Under the pieces are notes generated by a model. It was not told the DNA's origin, made no database searches, and was given only the letters and a program-made list of their open reading frames with translations. This document shows, one piece after another, positions 1 to 11,314 of a DNA stretch of 64,000 nt. Position 1 is the first letter of the stretch, and each line of letters opens with the position of its first letter. This DNA is from Promethearchaeota archaeon (GTDB lineage Archaea > Asgardarchaeota > Lokiarchaeia > Sigyniarchaeales > SOKP01). The stretch is taken from contig JAEOTA010000085.1 of the NCBI GenBank assembly GCA_016840085.1, forward strand, positions 1 to 64,000, given 5' to 3'. Both the position numbers and the translations under genes were made by a program.

Positions 1-164
1 CGATATATAATCTAATAATCAGAATTTATAAAAATGATACTTTAAAATATCAAATAAGATTTAAAAATGAATAGAATAATTCACAGCTCATTAGGATTCA
101 GACTTCAAAATCCTTTGATACTGTTATTATTTTTAAAAAATTGAGGAAAATAAAGAGGTTTTTT

Positions 165-947
165 TTATTGAGTTTGTACTTGCTCCTTTGCTATTAGAGC
201 AGCCCCTAAAGCCCCTATAATTTGTGGATCTACAGGTAACTTTTTTGTATGTATGCCCATTCTTTTCTCTAAATATGCTACTACTCCTACGTTTTTAGCT
301 ACTCCTCCCGTTATGGTTAAATCTTCTTCAAGACCAACTCTATACACCAGTGACATAATTCTAGAGGCAATAGCATCATGTATTCCGGCAACTATATCAG
401 GTACCTCTACTCCATCTGCCATAAGACTTACTACTTCAGTTTCAGCAAATACACTACATTGTGCAGTGATTTTAGCCTGATTTTTCGATTGTAAAGAGAT
501 AGGTCCAAGTTCTTCAAGTTTTAACTCAAGAGTTCTAGCCATAACTTCAAGAAATCTGCCTGTTCCTGCTGCACATTTATCATTCATAGCAAAATCAAGA
601 ATTTTTCCATTTTTATCTACTTTTATTACTTTGCAATCCTGCCCACCAACATCAATTATAGTTCTAATTGATGGAATAAATGAATGAGCTCCTTTTCCAT
701 GACAAGTTAGCTCAGAGGTTTCAGAATTCGCAAATGGGATTTTTACCCTACCATATCCAGTTCCAACAAGGTATTCAATATTATCTAAAGACAAATTTAC
801 TTTTTCAAGCGCCTCATTCATTGCATTTTGAGCAGTTCTTTCGGGTTTAGGTGTTGTCGGAACAATACTATAGGATAATATTTCACCATCTTTTAGAATC
901 ACAGCTTTGCCAGTAAGAGAGCCAACATCACATCCAGCTACTATCAT
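165..947 (-). CDS. 2-hydroxyacyl-CoA dehydratase activator ATPase (HgdC/FldI/BcrAD-type, ASKHA fold, 4Fe-4S)
   Basis: GxDxGS, GTGYGR, DVGGQD, MNDKCAAGTGRFLE, CSVFAETE and GGVAKN motifs; last gene of an operon with two dehydratase subunits. Confidence 0.93.
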   Translation of the reverse strand: MIVAGCDVGSLTGKAVILKDGEILSYSIVPTTPKPERTAQNAMNEALEKVNLSLDNIEYLVGTGYGRVKIPFANSETSELTCHGKGAHSFIPSIRTIIDVGGQDCKVIKVDKNGKILDFAMNDKCAAGTGRFLEVMARTLELKLEELGPISLQSKNQAKITAQCSVFAETEVVSLMADGVEVPDIVAGIHDAIASRIMSLVYRVGLEEDLTITGGVAKNVGVVAYLEKRMGIHTKKLPVDPQIIGALGAALIAKEQVQTQ

Positions 948-962
948 TTTTATGAACCTCCT

Positions 963-2288
963 TTATAAAACTACTTGAGTGAGAAAATCTGAAATCTTCC
1001 CCCTTATAGCTTCTGAAGTTACTTCTCGTGAATCGTAAGGATCGCAACCAAAAATAAAAACGGGAATTCCTGTTTCTTCTCGTACTGCTTCTGAGCTAAC
1101 TCTGGCCATTGCATAAGCATGCTTGCACGCAAACTGCATTGGCATAATCACACAGTCTATTTTGTAGTCTTTTACATAATTCAACAAAAATTCAATATAA
1201 TACTCGATCGGACCCCTACATGTTCCAATCATAGAAAAATCCAGAGTTCCTTTTGCTAAACTCTCAAAACTTTTTTCAATCGTTGAAACATCATGAGGTA
1301 GAACTTGATAAAATCCTAGTATATCCATAATAACTACTGCTTTATATGTCTCTTCTAACCAAGTTAATAAATCTCCATCAAAGAAAACGTGCGTATAAGG
1401 CCAAGCAATTCTAATATTCTCATCAGGAACACCTGCTATACCATTTTTAACATTTTCTGCTGCAGTATCACGTAACCATTTAGTAGATTTAACAGCATCA
1501 TCAGTTCCGCCACGTGTAACCATTGTTATAAAATTACCAAAACCACCTAAGCTATTGGCAGGACACGGAATATTTTTTAAAAGTTCATTAAATTCCAAAA
1601 TATATTCTCTTGCTTGATTTATTTTACCCATAGTTTCTTGTAATTTTTCAAAATTTAATTTCTGTTTTTTTTTTTGTTCTAACCAGGAGATCAAATCTTT
1701 TGTCTGATTTATCATATAATCTAGAACTTTGTCATCATAAAACTCTCCAGGTTTATCGTAAGACCAATATGGGACATCCATATTAAATGTAGGAATTTTA
1801 GCTAACTGTTCAAAAACTTGATAAGTCATAGCAAGGGAATTGCAAGGCGTTGAAAGAAAGAACAATAGATCAGGGATGGGGGCTACTCCTTGTATATAAG
1901 AACCAATTAATGGTCTTTGAGCATTGCATACCGTAGGGTTATCTCCATATCCTATTTTATTAGTAATATCAAGATAAGGCTCATTAAGATGTAAAGGTGC
2001 CAATCCAACACTATAGGTTTCTTGCATTAGAGGCACTAAATTCATTGCATAAAATATTTCAGGTCCGTAATTAAAAGGGTGCATAATAATAGTCCTTCCT
2101 TCCTTTCTTGCTTTAGGAATTTCAAGGAAATAATTTAGCAACATTTCAGTAATTGGGGTTGTTTCTTCGTCTTTCCTTAGATTTAATAATCCCATATACA
2201 TCATTTTCAACATAGAGAGATCTTTTCCCCAATTACCTCTCCCAAGTTTTTTATATTTTAGATATAGTTCGTTATCCAATTTTTTCAC
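963..2288 (-). CDS. 2-hydroxyacyl-CoA dehydratase family subunit (HgdA/FldB/BcrB-like)
   Basis: PEIFYAM, spaced Cys (VCN, TPCN, FACKH), DPYDSR C-terminal motif; GTG start overlaps upstream TGA (GTGA). Confidence 0.85.
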   Translation of the reverse strand: MKKLDNELYLKYKKLGRGNWGKDLSMLKMMYMGLLNLRKDEETTPITEMLLNYFLEIPKARKEGRTIIMHPFNYGPEIFYAMNLVPLMQETYSVGLAPLHLNEPYLDITNKIGYGDNPTVCNAQRPLIGSYIQGVAPIPDLLFFLSTPCNSLAMTYQVFEQLAKIPTFNMDVPYWSYDKPGEFYDDKVLDYMINQTKDLISWLEQKKKQKLNFEKLQETMGKINQAREYILEFNELLKNIPCPANSLGGFGNFITMVTRGGTDDAVKSTKWLRDTAAENVKNGIAGVPDENIRIAWPYTHVFFDGDLLTWLEETYKAVVIMDILGFYQVLPHDVSTIEKSFESLAKGTLDFSMIGTCRGPIEYYIEFLLNYVKDYKIDCVIMPMQFACKHAYAMARVSSEAVREETGIPVFIFGCDPYDSREVTSEAIRGKISDFLTQVVL

Positions 2289-3406
2289 CTCGATTTTAAT
2301 ATTTCCATAAAGGTTTGAACACGAGTTTTCATTGCTCCAGCACCACTTAATACGTATTCTCTTTCTAAATCGAGAAAAGGAATTCCATTTTCTTTTAATT
2401 TATTTCTAAGCAAAAAAATTTCAGGCCACCATAAAGCACAAAACTTCATTCTTTGAAGAATTACACCATCAACATTAAATTCTTTAATCATATTCATTAT
2501 AAACTCTACTCTTTTCAGATGTCCATCTGTCATGCGAGGACATGAGATTTTTGATAAATAACGTTTTGCGAGCGCCTCTAAAGGATCCAATGTTTCATCA
2601 ACAAAATCCCAAAAATATCTAGTTCCAATGCATAATGAATCTATTACCACTAATCCACCAAGGTTTTCTATAATTTCTATATATTCTGGTTCATCTAGCA
2701 TACTCCCAACTAACATTATTCTTGCGCTATAGTCAGAAATGCCTTCTTTTTCATCAATATGTTTAAGCTGCAATTCTAAAAGCTCATTAAATTGTTCTTT
2801 TGGAATAGATATCCCAGCTGATAGAATTTTCATTATCTCGGTTCCAGAAATTGGAGGATCATCTCGCTTTCTAAGCGTGTATAATTCTTTAAGGAGAGCA
2901 CGGGAGTGGTTATAAATTTTGATTACTTTTTTAAGTTCTTCTACATCTATATTGATTCTAAATTCATTTTCTAAATTCTTCTTAAATTTGATTAATTCAT
3001 GTTTGAACCAATCGAGGGTTACATCGCTTACATACCCAGGAATACCCATAATATAATGGTAGGAAAAAGGAGTCTTATATCTTATATTATCATAAAGACG
3101 GCGAACCTGATCGCAACAATTACATGAAACAATACCATCAAGAAAATCATATTCTTTTCTATTTGCTAACTCAAGACAACATCGTGTAAAACTACAGGTT
3201 GTAGAACTCATATAAGCATCACCCATTGGTGTATCTGCGCATCCTCTTGCTCTCATTCTGATTGGCAGAATATCCGCTACATAAATGATTTCTTCTGGAA
3301 TATACGAACAAAAATACCCTAGAACTTTTTTTCCTTCACTTTTCCAATTCTTTACCCAATCATTTAGAAGCGGAACTGCTTGCTCAATTTTTTCCAATAT
3401 AGACAT
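2285..3406 (-). CDS. 2-hydroxyacyl-CoA dehydratase family subunit (HgdB/FldC/BcrC-like)
   Basis: GYFCSYIPEEII, CSFTR, CCD, DSLCIGTRYF, KFC, LEREY...KTRVQTFME motifs. Confidence 0.9.
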   Translation of the reverse strand: MSILEKIEQAVPLLNDWVKNWKSEGKKVLGYFCSYIPEEIIYVADILPIRMRARGCADTPMGDAYMSSTTCSFTRCCLELANRKEYDFLDGIVSCNCCDQVRRLYDNIRYKTPFSYHYIMGIPGYVSDVTLDWFKHELIKFKKNLENEFRINIDVEELKKVIKIYNHSRALLKELYTLRKRDDPPISGTEIMKILSAGISIPKEQFNELLELQLKHIDEKEGISDYSARIMLVGSMLDEPEYIEIIENLGGLVVIDSLCIGTRYFWDFVDETLDPLEALAKRYLSKISCPRMTDGHLKRVEFIMNMIKEFNVDGVILQRMKFCALWWPEIFLLRNKLKENGIPFLDLEREYVLSGAGAMKTRVQTFMEILKSR

Positions 3407-3517
3407 AATTGTAGGATTTTTCTCAATTTTACAATTTATAATTATTTATGCTATAGATGTTTATATATGTATCTCTAAATTTATAAAAATGCTAAGGTTT
3501 ACAAAGAAAAAAAAAGA

Positions 3518-4567
3518 TTACATTTTCAAGGGTAATTTTGTCCCAGGAGGAATAGTATCTATGTATTTCTTTCTAAATTCTACATTTAACATTGGACATT
3601 CTTTTCTCGTCCATTCTTCTGAAAACATTCGATGACCCCACATTCTCTCTAAAATTGTTTTCAGAGGATCATCCCTAACGTTTCCAAAACTAAGTGGCAT
3701 AAAACAACAAGGCATAACATCTCCATAAGGGGATATATAAAAGTATACTCCATCTGCCACACCCCTACATTGACTTGAAGTTTGAGTTTGGAAATAGAAA
3801 TCTCGGCACACAAATGGAAATTTTGCTATTTTTCTAACTTCTTTCTCTTCTTCAGGAGTTAGTTTTACCTCTATATTATGCAACCATCGTCCAGTTGCTG
3901 TAGGTAGTAAGTATCTTACACCATTTGCACCTATATCTTTTGCTAATTTAATTACTCTTTCAAATTCACCATTAGCTAGAGTCTCTTTTGTTACATAGGT
4001 AGAAAGAGCACATTTTAGTTTCACATTAATTGCATTTTTTATGCCTTGCACCGCTTTTTCAAATAATCCTTTCATTCCTCGTAATTCATCATGTTTTTGT
4101 GGAATTGGTGAATCAATACTAACATAAAGAAGTTCTAAGCCGCTATCTTTTAATTGTTTTGCATAATCTTTCGTGATCTTTATCCCATTTGTATCAACGA
4201 ATACATACACTGATCGTCCTGAAGCATATTTTATTAAATCCATTAAATCTTGTCTCAAAGTTGGTTCACCACCAAAGAAATTAACCACAAAAGCTTTGTT
4301 TGATTGATCTAATACATCCTTGATTTCTGCATTAGTAAGTTCTCTTGGTGGTTCATTTTCATAATTACCTACACAACAATGGGGGCATCTAAGTTGACAG
4401 TTATAAGTTATACCAAACATAAGATAAAATACATCTGCTCTATTATTAATCCCTCCTCTTTCTTCAAGAAACCACTTTTGCATACTTTCCTGATTATAGG
4501 TTAATGGAATGCCGACCTCTTCCCATAAATTACCTTCTCCTGAAAATCTTTCATCTTCAGTTTCCAT
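3518..4567 (-). CDS. radical SAM protein with SPASM/twitch domain
   Basis: CQLRCPHC, GGEP, DTNG, VSID; C-terminal C...ISPYGDVMPC...GNV...CP. Confidence 0.9.
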   Translation of the reverse strand: METEDERFSGEGNLWEEVGIPLTYNQESMQKWFLEERGGINNRADVFYLMFGITYNCQLRCPHCCVGNYENEPPRELTNAEIKDVLDQSNKAFVVNFFGGEPTLRQDLMDLIKYASGRSVYVFVDTNGIKITKDYAKQLKDSGLELLYVSIDSPIPQKHDELRGMKGLFEKAVQGIKNAINVKLKCALSTYVTKETLANGEFERVIKLAKDIGANGVRYLLPTATGRWLHNIEVKLTPEEEKEVRKIAKFPFVCRDFYFQTQTSSQCRGVADGVYFYISPYGDVMPCCFMPLSFGNVRDDPLKTILERMWGHRMFSEEWTRKECPMLNVEFRKKYIDTIPPGTKLPLKM

Positions 4568-4824
4568 CTATATTTCCACCATTTTATTCAAAATAATTGG
4601 ATTATTGATTAATGATTAATTAGATTTTGAAGTATTTAAAAGTTCTTTGACTTCCCTTTTCCTTTAAAATTCGCAATAATACCATTTCTATTTTTGAATT
4701 CCCAATTTCTTCCAAAATTATTTTATTTCTAGAAATGAATATTACAGATTTTAAGATCCGAAAGGAGTTTATAAAGTTAATTTTTGTTATGTCTCTCTTT
4801 TTCTTTCACAGAGGAATTGATTGT

Positions 4825-6321
4825 TTATTTAATAATTTGTAGTCCTTTATTTTCTAACTCCTTAGGGAGTTGTATGATATTTTTATTGAGAGATATATTT
4901 AAGGTTTTAAGAGAATGAAGAGAGCTTATCGATTCAGGAAGGCATGATAATTTGTTTCCCCTCAAATTGAGTTCTTCTAAAGATGAAAGTGAACTAATCC
5001 ATTTAGGAAGATCTGTTATATTATTCCAACTTAGATCAAGCTTTTTAAGAGAAATTAAATTTTTAAATGATTCTGGAAGTATAGTTAGGTGGTTATTTGG
5101 TATTATTAACACTTCTAAAGAAACTAATAAACCAATGGAATCTGGTAATGCTTTAATGTCATCGTCATATAGATTTAATTCTATCAGCGGGGGCAAAAAA
5201 TCGATCCATTGGTCAATTTTGGATAAAGCTTTATTCCCCCCTAAGTTTAATTTTTTTAGAGAACTTAAATTCTTTATCCATTTTGGAACTCTCTTCAAAT
5301 TATTTAAACCTAAGTTTAATTTCTCAAGTGAATAAAGATCTTCTAATGTGGGTGGTAAAATATTTAATTGATTACCATGTAAATTTAAGATCTTAAGAGA
5401 AGTTAATTTCCCAAATGATGACGGAAGAGATGTTAATTTATTATGTTTTAAATTTAATTCCTTTAAGTTCATTAGTGAATCAATAGAATCAGGAATCATT
5501 ATTAAGTTATTATATTCTAAATTTAAATATTCTAAGGATTTTAGAGAATGTATCGCCTCAGGTAATTTATTTATACTATTATGGCTCAAATCCAAATATT
5601 TAAGAAAATTTAAAGAAAAAATAGATTCTGGAAATTTCCCAAGTTTGATACTTCTTAAATCTAACCTTTTAAGATGGTTTAAAACACTAAGAAATTTAGA
5701 TAGGTTTTTTAAAACTTTCCATCCAAAAGTATCATTACTAGTAAATGATAAATCTAACTCTGTTATTAAACCCCCTTCTATTTGATAATCGACTTTTTTT
5801 AATATATCTTCAAAATGTTTGATAACCAGATAGTTATTAATTATTTCAGCTAATTTATTGGTTCTAAAACTTTGAATTTCTTTAGTTTTAAAAATAGTCC
5901 TAAGACTCTTTTTGAATTTATAATTATCAAATTTATTTAGTTTATCAACTAAAACTGATTTAGCATCATGAGTGTTAATGTTATTTATAATTGAAACAAT
6001 TGACATTAAAAATTGCCACGAATTTTCATGTTCCAATGCCCATTTTAAAGGGGACAAGGCTTTCTCTTGGAATAATACTTTTAAACTCTTAGCTGCTAAT
6101 TCTTTTATCTCTTCGTTAGAATCAGATACTAATAAATCCTCCAAAATAGAAAAAACTTTCTTGTTCTTAGATCCAATTCTTTGTAGAGTTTTAATACTCT
6201 CTAGCCTAATTTCAATATTATCAGTATTTCCTATTAAAAAAATTAATAAATCTACGGCTGCTAATTTATCAATGACCTTCGTCTTAAAATCTTCATAGAT
6301 TTTTTTAGGAGTTAAAGCCAT
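4825..6321 (-). CDS. HEAT-repeat + leucine-rich-repeat protein (Asgard-type)
   Basis: N-terminal LEDLLVSDSNEEIKELAA HEAT-like segment, then about a dozen 23-aa LxxLxLxxNxLxxLPxxI repeats. Confidence 0.9.
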   Translation of the reverse strand: MALTPKKIYEDFKTKVIDKLAAVDLLIFLIGNTDNIEIRLESIKTLQRIGSKNKKVFSILEDLLVSDSNEEIKELAAKSLKVLFQEKALSPLKWALEHENSWQFLMSIVSIINNINTHDAKSVLVDKLNKFDNYKFKKSLRTIFKTKEIQSFRTNKLAEIINNYLVIKHFEDILKKVDYQIEGGLITELDLSFTSNDTFGWKVLKNLSKFLSVLNHLKRLDLRSIKLGKFPESIFSLNFLKYLDLSHNSINKLPEAIHSLKSLEYLNLEYNNLIMIPDSIDSLMNLKELNLKHNKLTSLPSSFGKLTSLKILNLHGNQLNILPPTLEDLYSLEKLNLGLNNLKRVPKWIKNLSSLKKLNLGGNKALSKIDQWIDFLPPLIELNLYDDDIKALPDSIGLLVSLEVLIIPNNHLTILPESFKNLISLKKLDLSWNNITDLPKWISSLSSLEELNLRGNKLSCLPESISSLHSLKTLNISLNKNIIQLPKELENKGLQIIK

Positions 6322-6467
6322 AACATCTTTTAATTTACTAATATCAAATAAAATTAATAATACTATAAGATATTAAATTCTTTCAATCAACAAACCACCA
6401 ATAATTGAGTAGATCTTATCGAATAATTAGAAATCAAAAAGTGAATAATAAGAAAAAAAAATTATAT

Positions 6468-7568
6468 CTATTTTAAGCTAGCAACTTCACTTATCGTATT
6501 AGCAATAGCTTTTGGTTCGATTTCTTCAATAAAATGTCCCGCATTTTCAAAAACTTTAACATGTCCTTCAAGCTGAGGAAGGCTTTCAATCCATTGTTGT
6601 ATGACCTCATCTTTAGCTGAAGGATCCCATTTTCCTAAAACAGCGCGTACACCAATATTTTGTCCGTTAGGTCCCCAGTAATTGCTAATATTATCTTGTA
6701 TAAAGCGGTAAAAGGTTGTTGTATCCCTTTCACCAAGGTTGGCTTCTTTATATGTATTTCCATGACCCCAAACTGGTGTTTGAAGCACTAAACGTTTTGA
6801 ACTCATCACATTTTTTTCCGATTGAAACTGCTCTCTAAAAAATTTTTGAGCAGGAGTTTCATTTTCCGAGAAACTACCCGTTTCTCTCGAGGTTGTAAGC
6901 AAATTAGGCAAAACAGATATTAATTCTTGCGGATCTTCGGGATTATAAAAAATTGCAAAGGAAGTAAATGCACCCCATAAATTGTTTGGAATAATATTTG
7001 GTGTATTAGCCCATGGGAACTGTTTTAATGGGTAATTTTCATATGTCATGCCTGATTTCGGAAACGGAAATACCGTACTATTTAAAATAACAAGATTAGA
7101 TATACGATCAGGAATTTTTAAGAAAGCTCCAATACCAATTGGACCCCCCCAATCATGTATTATAAGGGTCACCTTCCTCAAATCAAGATATTTTATAAGT
7201 TGGAATAAGTTATCGGCATGATCCATACAAACCATTTCAAATGAAGCTTGATCCGACAAGCCAAAACCAATATGATCTAGTGCTATAATTCTGAAAGGTT
7301 TCTTAGCAGATCTGATTAGATGTTCAATAACATTTCTATAAGTATAAGAGGATTCAGGATTCCCATGAATAAACACTATTGTTTCTTCAGGATTCCCAAC
7401 CCCATGACAGCTATCTCTAAAGAATAATTTTTTCCCCGCATCATTTCCATCAGGTAACTCATACCAGAATCCGCATCCTTCTGGATAATAGTCAGATGGG
7501 ACACTAGTAACTGGAGTATTACTTGGGATGGATTTTGAATTTGATTTTAATATCATTAAAATCGCCAA
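6468..7568 (-). CDS. alpha/beta hydrolase, haloalkane dehalogenase-like
   Basis: HGNP, DHIGFGLSD, HDWGG nucleophile motif, AGHFIEE. Confidence 0.85.
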   Translation of the reverse strand: MAILMILKSNSKSIPSNTPVTSVPSDYYPEGCGFWYELPDGNDAGKKLFFRDSCHGVGNPEETIVFIHGNPESSYTYRNVIEHLIRSAKKPFRIIALDHIGFGLSDQASFEMVCMDHADNLFQLIKYLDLRKVTLIIHDWGGPIGIGAFLKIPDRISNLVILNSTVFPFPKSGMTYENYPLKQFPWANTPNIIPNNLWGAFTSFAIFYNPEDPQELISVLPNLLTTSRETGSFSENETPAQKFFREQFQSEKNVMSSKRLVLQTPVWGHGNTYKEANLGERDTTTFYRFIQDNISNYWGPNGQNIGVRAVLGKWDPSAKDEVIQQWIESLPQLEGHVKVFENAGHFIEEIEPKAIANTISEVASLK

Positions 7569-7594
7569 CTAAAATTCATATTCTTTAAGGAATG

Positions 7595-9442
7595 CTAGAA
7601 TCCCCCGTAGCTTTGTCCTCTTATATTATTTAAAATAGTATCATCTAATTCGCTTAAACGCTTAGTGGATTTGACTCTATACTTAATACTCAAGAACTTG
7701 TTTATGAGTTTGTATTTAAAATTATTCCTCCTCATATCTCTTCGGACATTTCTTGGAATTTTATTAGGGTACTCAGTAATATATGGGATATCATCATCTT
7801 TTATGGATTTATCCTTATTATAAAGATATCGCTTAGCAGGTTCCTCTCTTGGTTTTCGATCATATGGATCAAATAGGTGTTTCATCTTGAATTTCACTGC
7901 ACTCTGTTCAACACTTCTACTAATCAATTCCATCATTGGAGTAGGTTCACCAATAAGATCCCTAAATCTTTCGTCTGCTTTCTGAACTCTCCTCCTCACA
8001 ACGCCATTAGGAGCAAAACGATCCATCGCTCCTAACATACTCCATGATACCACGGAACCCTTTTTGAATAATTGGGATCTATTCTCACGCATCAAAGGAT
8101 TATCAGAATTCATGCAGAATTCATAACCATTAAGTGTAACTTCAAGCCTTCTAAGAAGTGATGGTCCCCATGTTCGGTATAACAAATCGTACCCATATTC
8201 CGTTAGATTCAATGTTTCATGGGTTTCTAAAGAGATGTTTTTCTGAGCTCCACTCCAGAAATGTACATCTTCCCAAGGCACTTCCATTACTCTTCCTTGA
8301 TCCTTGAGCTTTCGCCATAATTCAGTTCCGGGGAATGGAGATAGGCGAGTTAATTGTTCATAAGTAGGTTTACAAGCAATAAAGTAGTTAAGATCCTCGT
8401 ACATGTTTGCGTGGCTATGATAATCCCAACCACATATCCATGCACCAAGTGTACGAATGCCCATTGAATGCAGCTTATGAAAAACTTCTCGGGCATCTGC
8501 CTCTTTAACTTTTCTGTAGCCATGTTCCCCTGCAAATTTAGATTCTACACCAATGAAGACCGCTCCTATTCCTGTTTCAGGAATGGCATCCCATCCATAA
8601 TTACTAGCGAAATGCCAGATAAAATCTACTGAACCAAAACCAGTCCAGTCAACGTTTTCCACGAGATCCATATTTTTTTCCCATTTTTCCTTGGTTTTCA
8701 CCAGCCATCGTGGGTGACGGAAATGGTCTTCCTCGATTACGAAGATTGAAGAAAGTTGTTTAAAGTGTTTACGGTAAAGTTCGACATGGTTAACAAAATC
8801 TTCTGGTGAAAGCAGTTCAATTCGCTTCTTACCAAACATTTCTGTTGTTGAACAAAAATCACATCCTCCAGGACATCCCAATCCTGTTACAAGAAATCCA
8901 ATACCACCTCTGGGATACTTATTAAGAAATGGTGGCGCTCCACCACACTTTGGCATTAATTTTTGCTGAATAGGACGATTTGTGTCCTCTCTTAGTAATT
9001 CACGAAGAAATTTTACACCCTCGCCTAGAACTACATGATCTACATATTTTTTTTTAGTTTCTTCATCATATTGTGCCGCAAAAGCCTGAGCTCCATAACT
9101 CCCTAAGAGAATTTTCGTTTCTGGAGATTTTTCTCGTATATATTTACACATTTTCATGACCATATCAAGATGTACAGGAAAAGCACTGATCCCAATAATG
9201 GCATACTCTTTATCTACTTCTTCAATGAAGTTATTCCAGCGCGGATACTCAAGTAAAATTGCTGGAATATTAACATTTTGTGCTAAAATATGATTTGCAT
9301 AACAATGAGTGTGAGAAACAAGTGTAAAGATATCATCTCCATGAGTAAATCGTTGACCAGTCGCATCTGTAAGTGAATCGTTCGCAGGTAATGAAGGGTA
9401 AGGGTAGCAAGGGGTTGTTAATAAAATTCGATCTGTAATCAT
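7595..9442 (-). CDS. cobalamin-binding radical SAM protein
   Basis: N-terminal B12-binding-like domain (IIGIS...LLGSYG...VVLGEG), GCPGGCDFC, IGVES, PFPGTEL. Confidence 0.85.
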   Translation of the reverse strand: MITDRILLTTPCYPYPSLPANDSLTDATGQRFTHGDDIFTLVSHTHCYANHILAQNVNIPAILLEYPRWNNFIEEVDKEYAIIGISAFPVHLDMVMKMCKYIREKSPETKILLGSYGAQAFAAQYDEETKKKYVDHVVLGEGVKFLRELLREDTNRPIQQKLMPKCGGAPPFLNKYPRGGIGFLVTGLGCPGGCDFCSTTEMFGKKRIELLSPEDFVNHVELYRKHFKQLSSIFVIEEDHFRHPRWLVKTKEKWEKNMDLVENVDWTGFGSVDFIWHFASNYGWDAIPETGIGAVFIGVESKFAGEHGYRKVKEADAREVFHKLHSMGIRTLGAWICGWDYHSHANMYEDLNYFIACKPTYEQLTRLSPFPGTELWRKLKDQGRVMEVPWEDVHFWSGAQKNISLETHETLNLTEYGYDLLYRTWGPSLLRRLEVTLNGYEFCMNSDNPLMRENRSQLFKKGSVVSWSMLGAMDRFAPNGVVRRRVQKADERFRDLIGEPTPMMELISRSVEQSAVKFKMKHLFDPYDRKPREEPAKRYLYNKDKSIKDDDIPYITEYPNKIPRNVRRDMRRNNFKYKLINKFLSIKYRVKSTKRLSELDDTILNNIRGQSYGGF

Positions 9443-9629
9443 AATTTAATCCTTTTTTTAATATGTTTTAGTATTATAATTCTTAATTGTACTTCTCTTG
9501 TTAATCACAATTTATCTAATTGTATATATAAATTTTGTCGAATTGAACCTTAACACTGAAATAATTTAAGCTCTTTTTGAGATTTAATTCTATAATTAAC
9601 TTTTTAATGTTTTTCGCTTTTTCTTTCAC

Positions 9630-11208
9630 ATGAAAGAGACAGAGCAAATAAGTATACCAAGACCAGAATATCCTAGACCCCAATTTGTAAGAGAAAATAA
9701 TTGGATAAATCTCAACGGAGAATAGAATTGGTTTTTCATTAGAGATCACAGATTACGTAGAGGAAAATAATGTTTTAGTTGTTAGAGTAGAAGATCCGAG
9801 TCAAGATCTAGAAATTCCGAGAGGTAAGCAATATTGGGAAAAGGATCTAGAAAGAATTTTTTATCCTAGAGTCTCTGGAATTTGGCAGACAGTCTGGTTA
9901 GAATTTGTTTCTTCAATCTTTTATTTAAAAAAGTTGAAATTTATTCCTGATATAGATAAATCTGAATTAATGGTTGAATTCAATATTCATGGAACCGAAT
10001 TCTCAGATTTATTTTTACTCGTAGAGACATTATTTAATGAACAGAGTATTGCCAAAGAGGAAATTAGTTTAGATTTTTTAGGGAAATTTGAACGAAGAAC
10101 TATTACTCAACTTGATGGAAAATTATTCCCAAAAACTCCTGATCGCTTCAAATTTAAAATTAAAATCCCTGAGAACATGTTATACCTTTGGGATGTTGAT
10201 AACCCGAATTTATATGATCTTCAGCTTTCGATTCATAATAAAAAAGCAGGAATAATCTATGATACAGTTAAAAGTTATTTTGGTATGAGGAAAATATCAA
10301 TATCGGATTTAAAATCATCTTGTAATAAACAAATTTTACTTAATAATAACCTAATTTATCAAAAATTATTCTTAGTACAAGGTTATTGGCCGGAAGGATT
10401 ATACACCGCTCCTTCTGAAGAAGATTTAATAAAAGATATACAATTTATCAAGGATTTTGGATTTAATGGGTTAAGAACGCATCAGAAAGCATTCGATCCT
10501 CGATTTTTATACTGGTGTGATAGAATGGGTGTTTTAGTATGGGGTGAGATTGGGAATTCTTTTGTATTTACTGTAGATTCACAATTAAGACTTCTAAATG
10601 AATTTATCACTGAAATTGAACGCGATTATAATCATCCCTCAATAATTATTTGGGTGCCTATAAATGAGTCTTGGGGCGTTCGATCCCGATCAAGGAGAGA
10701 TTCTAAAAGAGCATTTTACACACTTTCTCTCTATTACTTAATAAAATCCATTGATCCTACGAGGTTAGTCATTGATGATGATGGATGGTGGCATACAAAA
10801 ACAGATATTTGTACTCGTCATTTTTATTTTGATATAAAGCAATTACCGAAACTTTTTGAAGATGAATTAAAAAATCATAAACGAGCATTCCCAAAAGTAT
10901 ATTTAAAACCATTTAAATATAAAGACGAACCTATAATTTACAGCGAAATCGGTGGATTTGGTTATGAATTTGATGATAAAATCGGAAATAAATGGGGATA
11001 TGGAGATTTATTAGAGAGTGGAGAAGAATTATTCAATAAAATTATTAATCTATTTAAAGAATTTGAGAAAAGAAAAAGTTGGATTCAAGGATTTTGCTAT
11101 ACTGAACTTTATGATCAATTTCAAGAAGTAAATGGACTATTAACAATTAATAGAATGCCAAAGTTCCCACCTACTAAATTAAAAGAACAAATAGATAAGA
11201 TGTTCTAA
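9630..11208 (+). pseudogene. GH2 beta-galactosidase/beta-glucuronidase, disrupted near 5' end
   Basis: ATG 9630 encodes PRPEYPRPQFVRENNWINLNGE then TAG (9723-25). The frame of ORF 9934 resumes at ~9727 with GFSLEITDY...PRGKQ...SGIWQTVWLE. Catalytic NE (WVPINESW) and SEIGG intact. Confidence 0.8.
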
Positions 11209-11314
11209 ATCGATCCTAATTTTAATTTTTAGAGAAAATATTCAAATTTTAAGTGTATTATTATTTAAAATGGAAAAAATGTTATTTTTAAATCTTAATT
11301 AAAGTTTGAAGTAG

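Noticed and set aside
4825-5700. 69-nt periodicity as a DNA repeat array
   Set aside because: Explained by 23-aa leucine-rich repeats.
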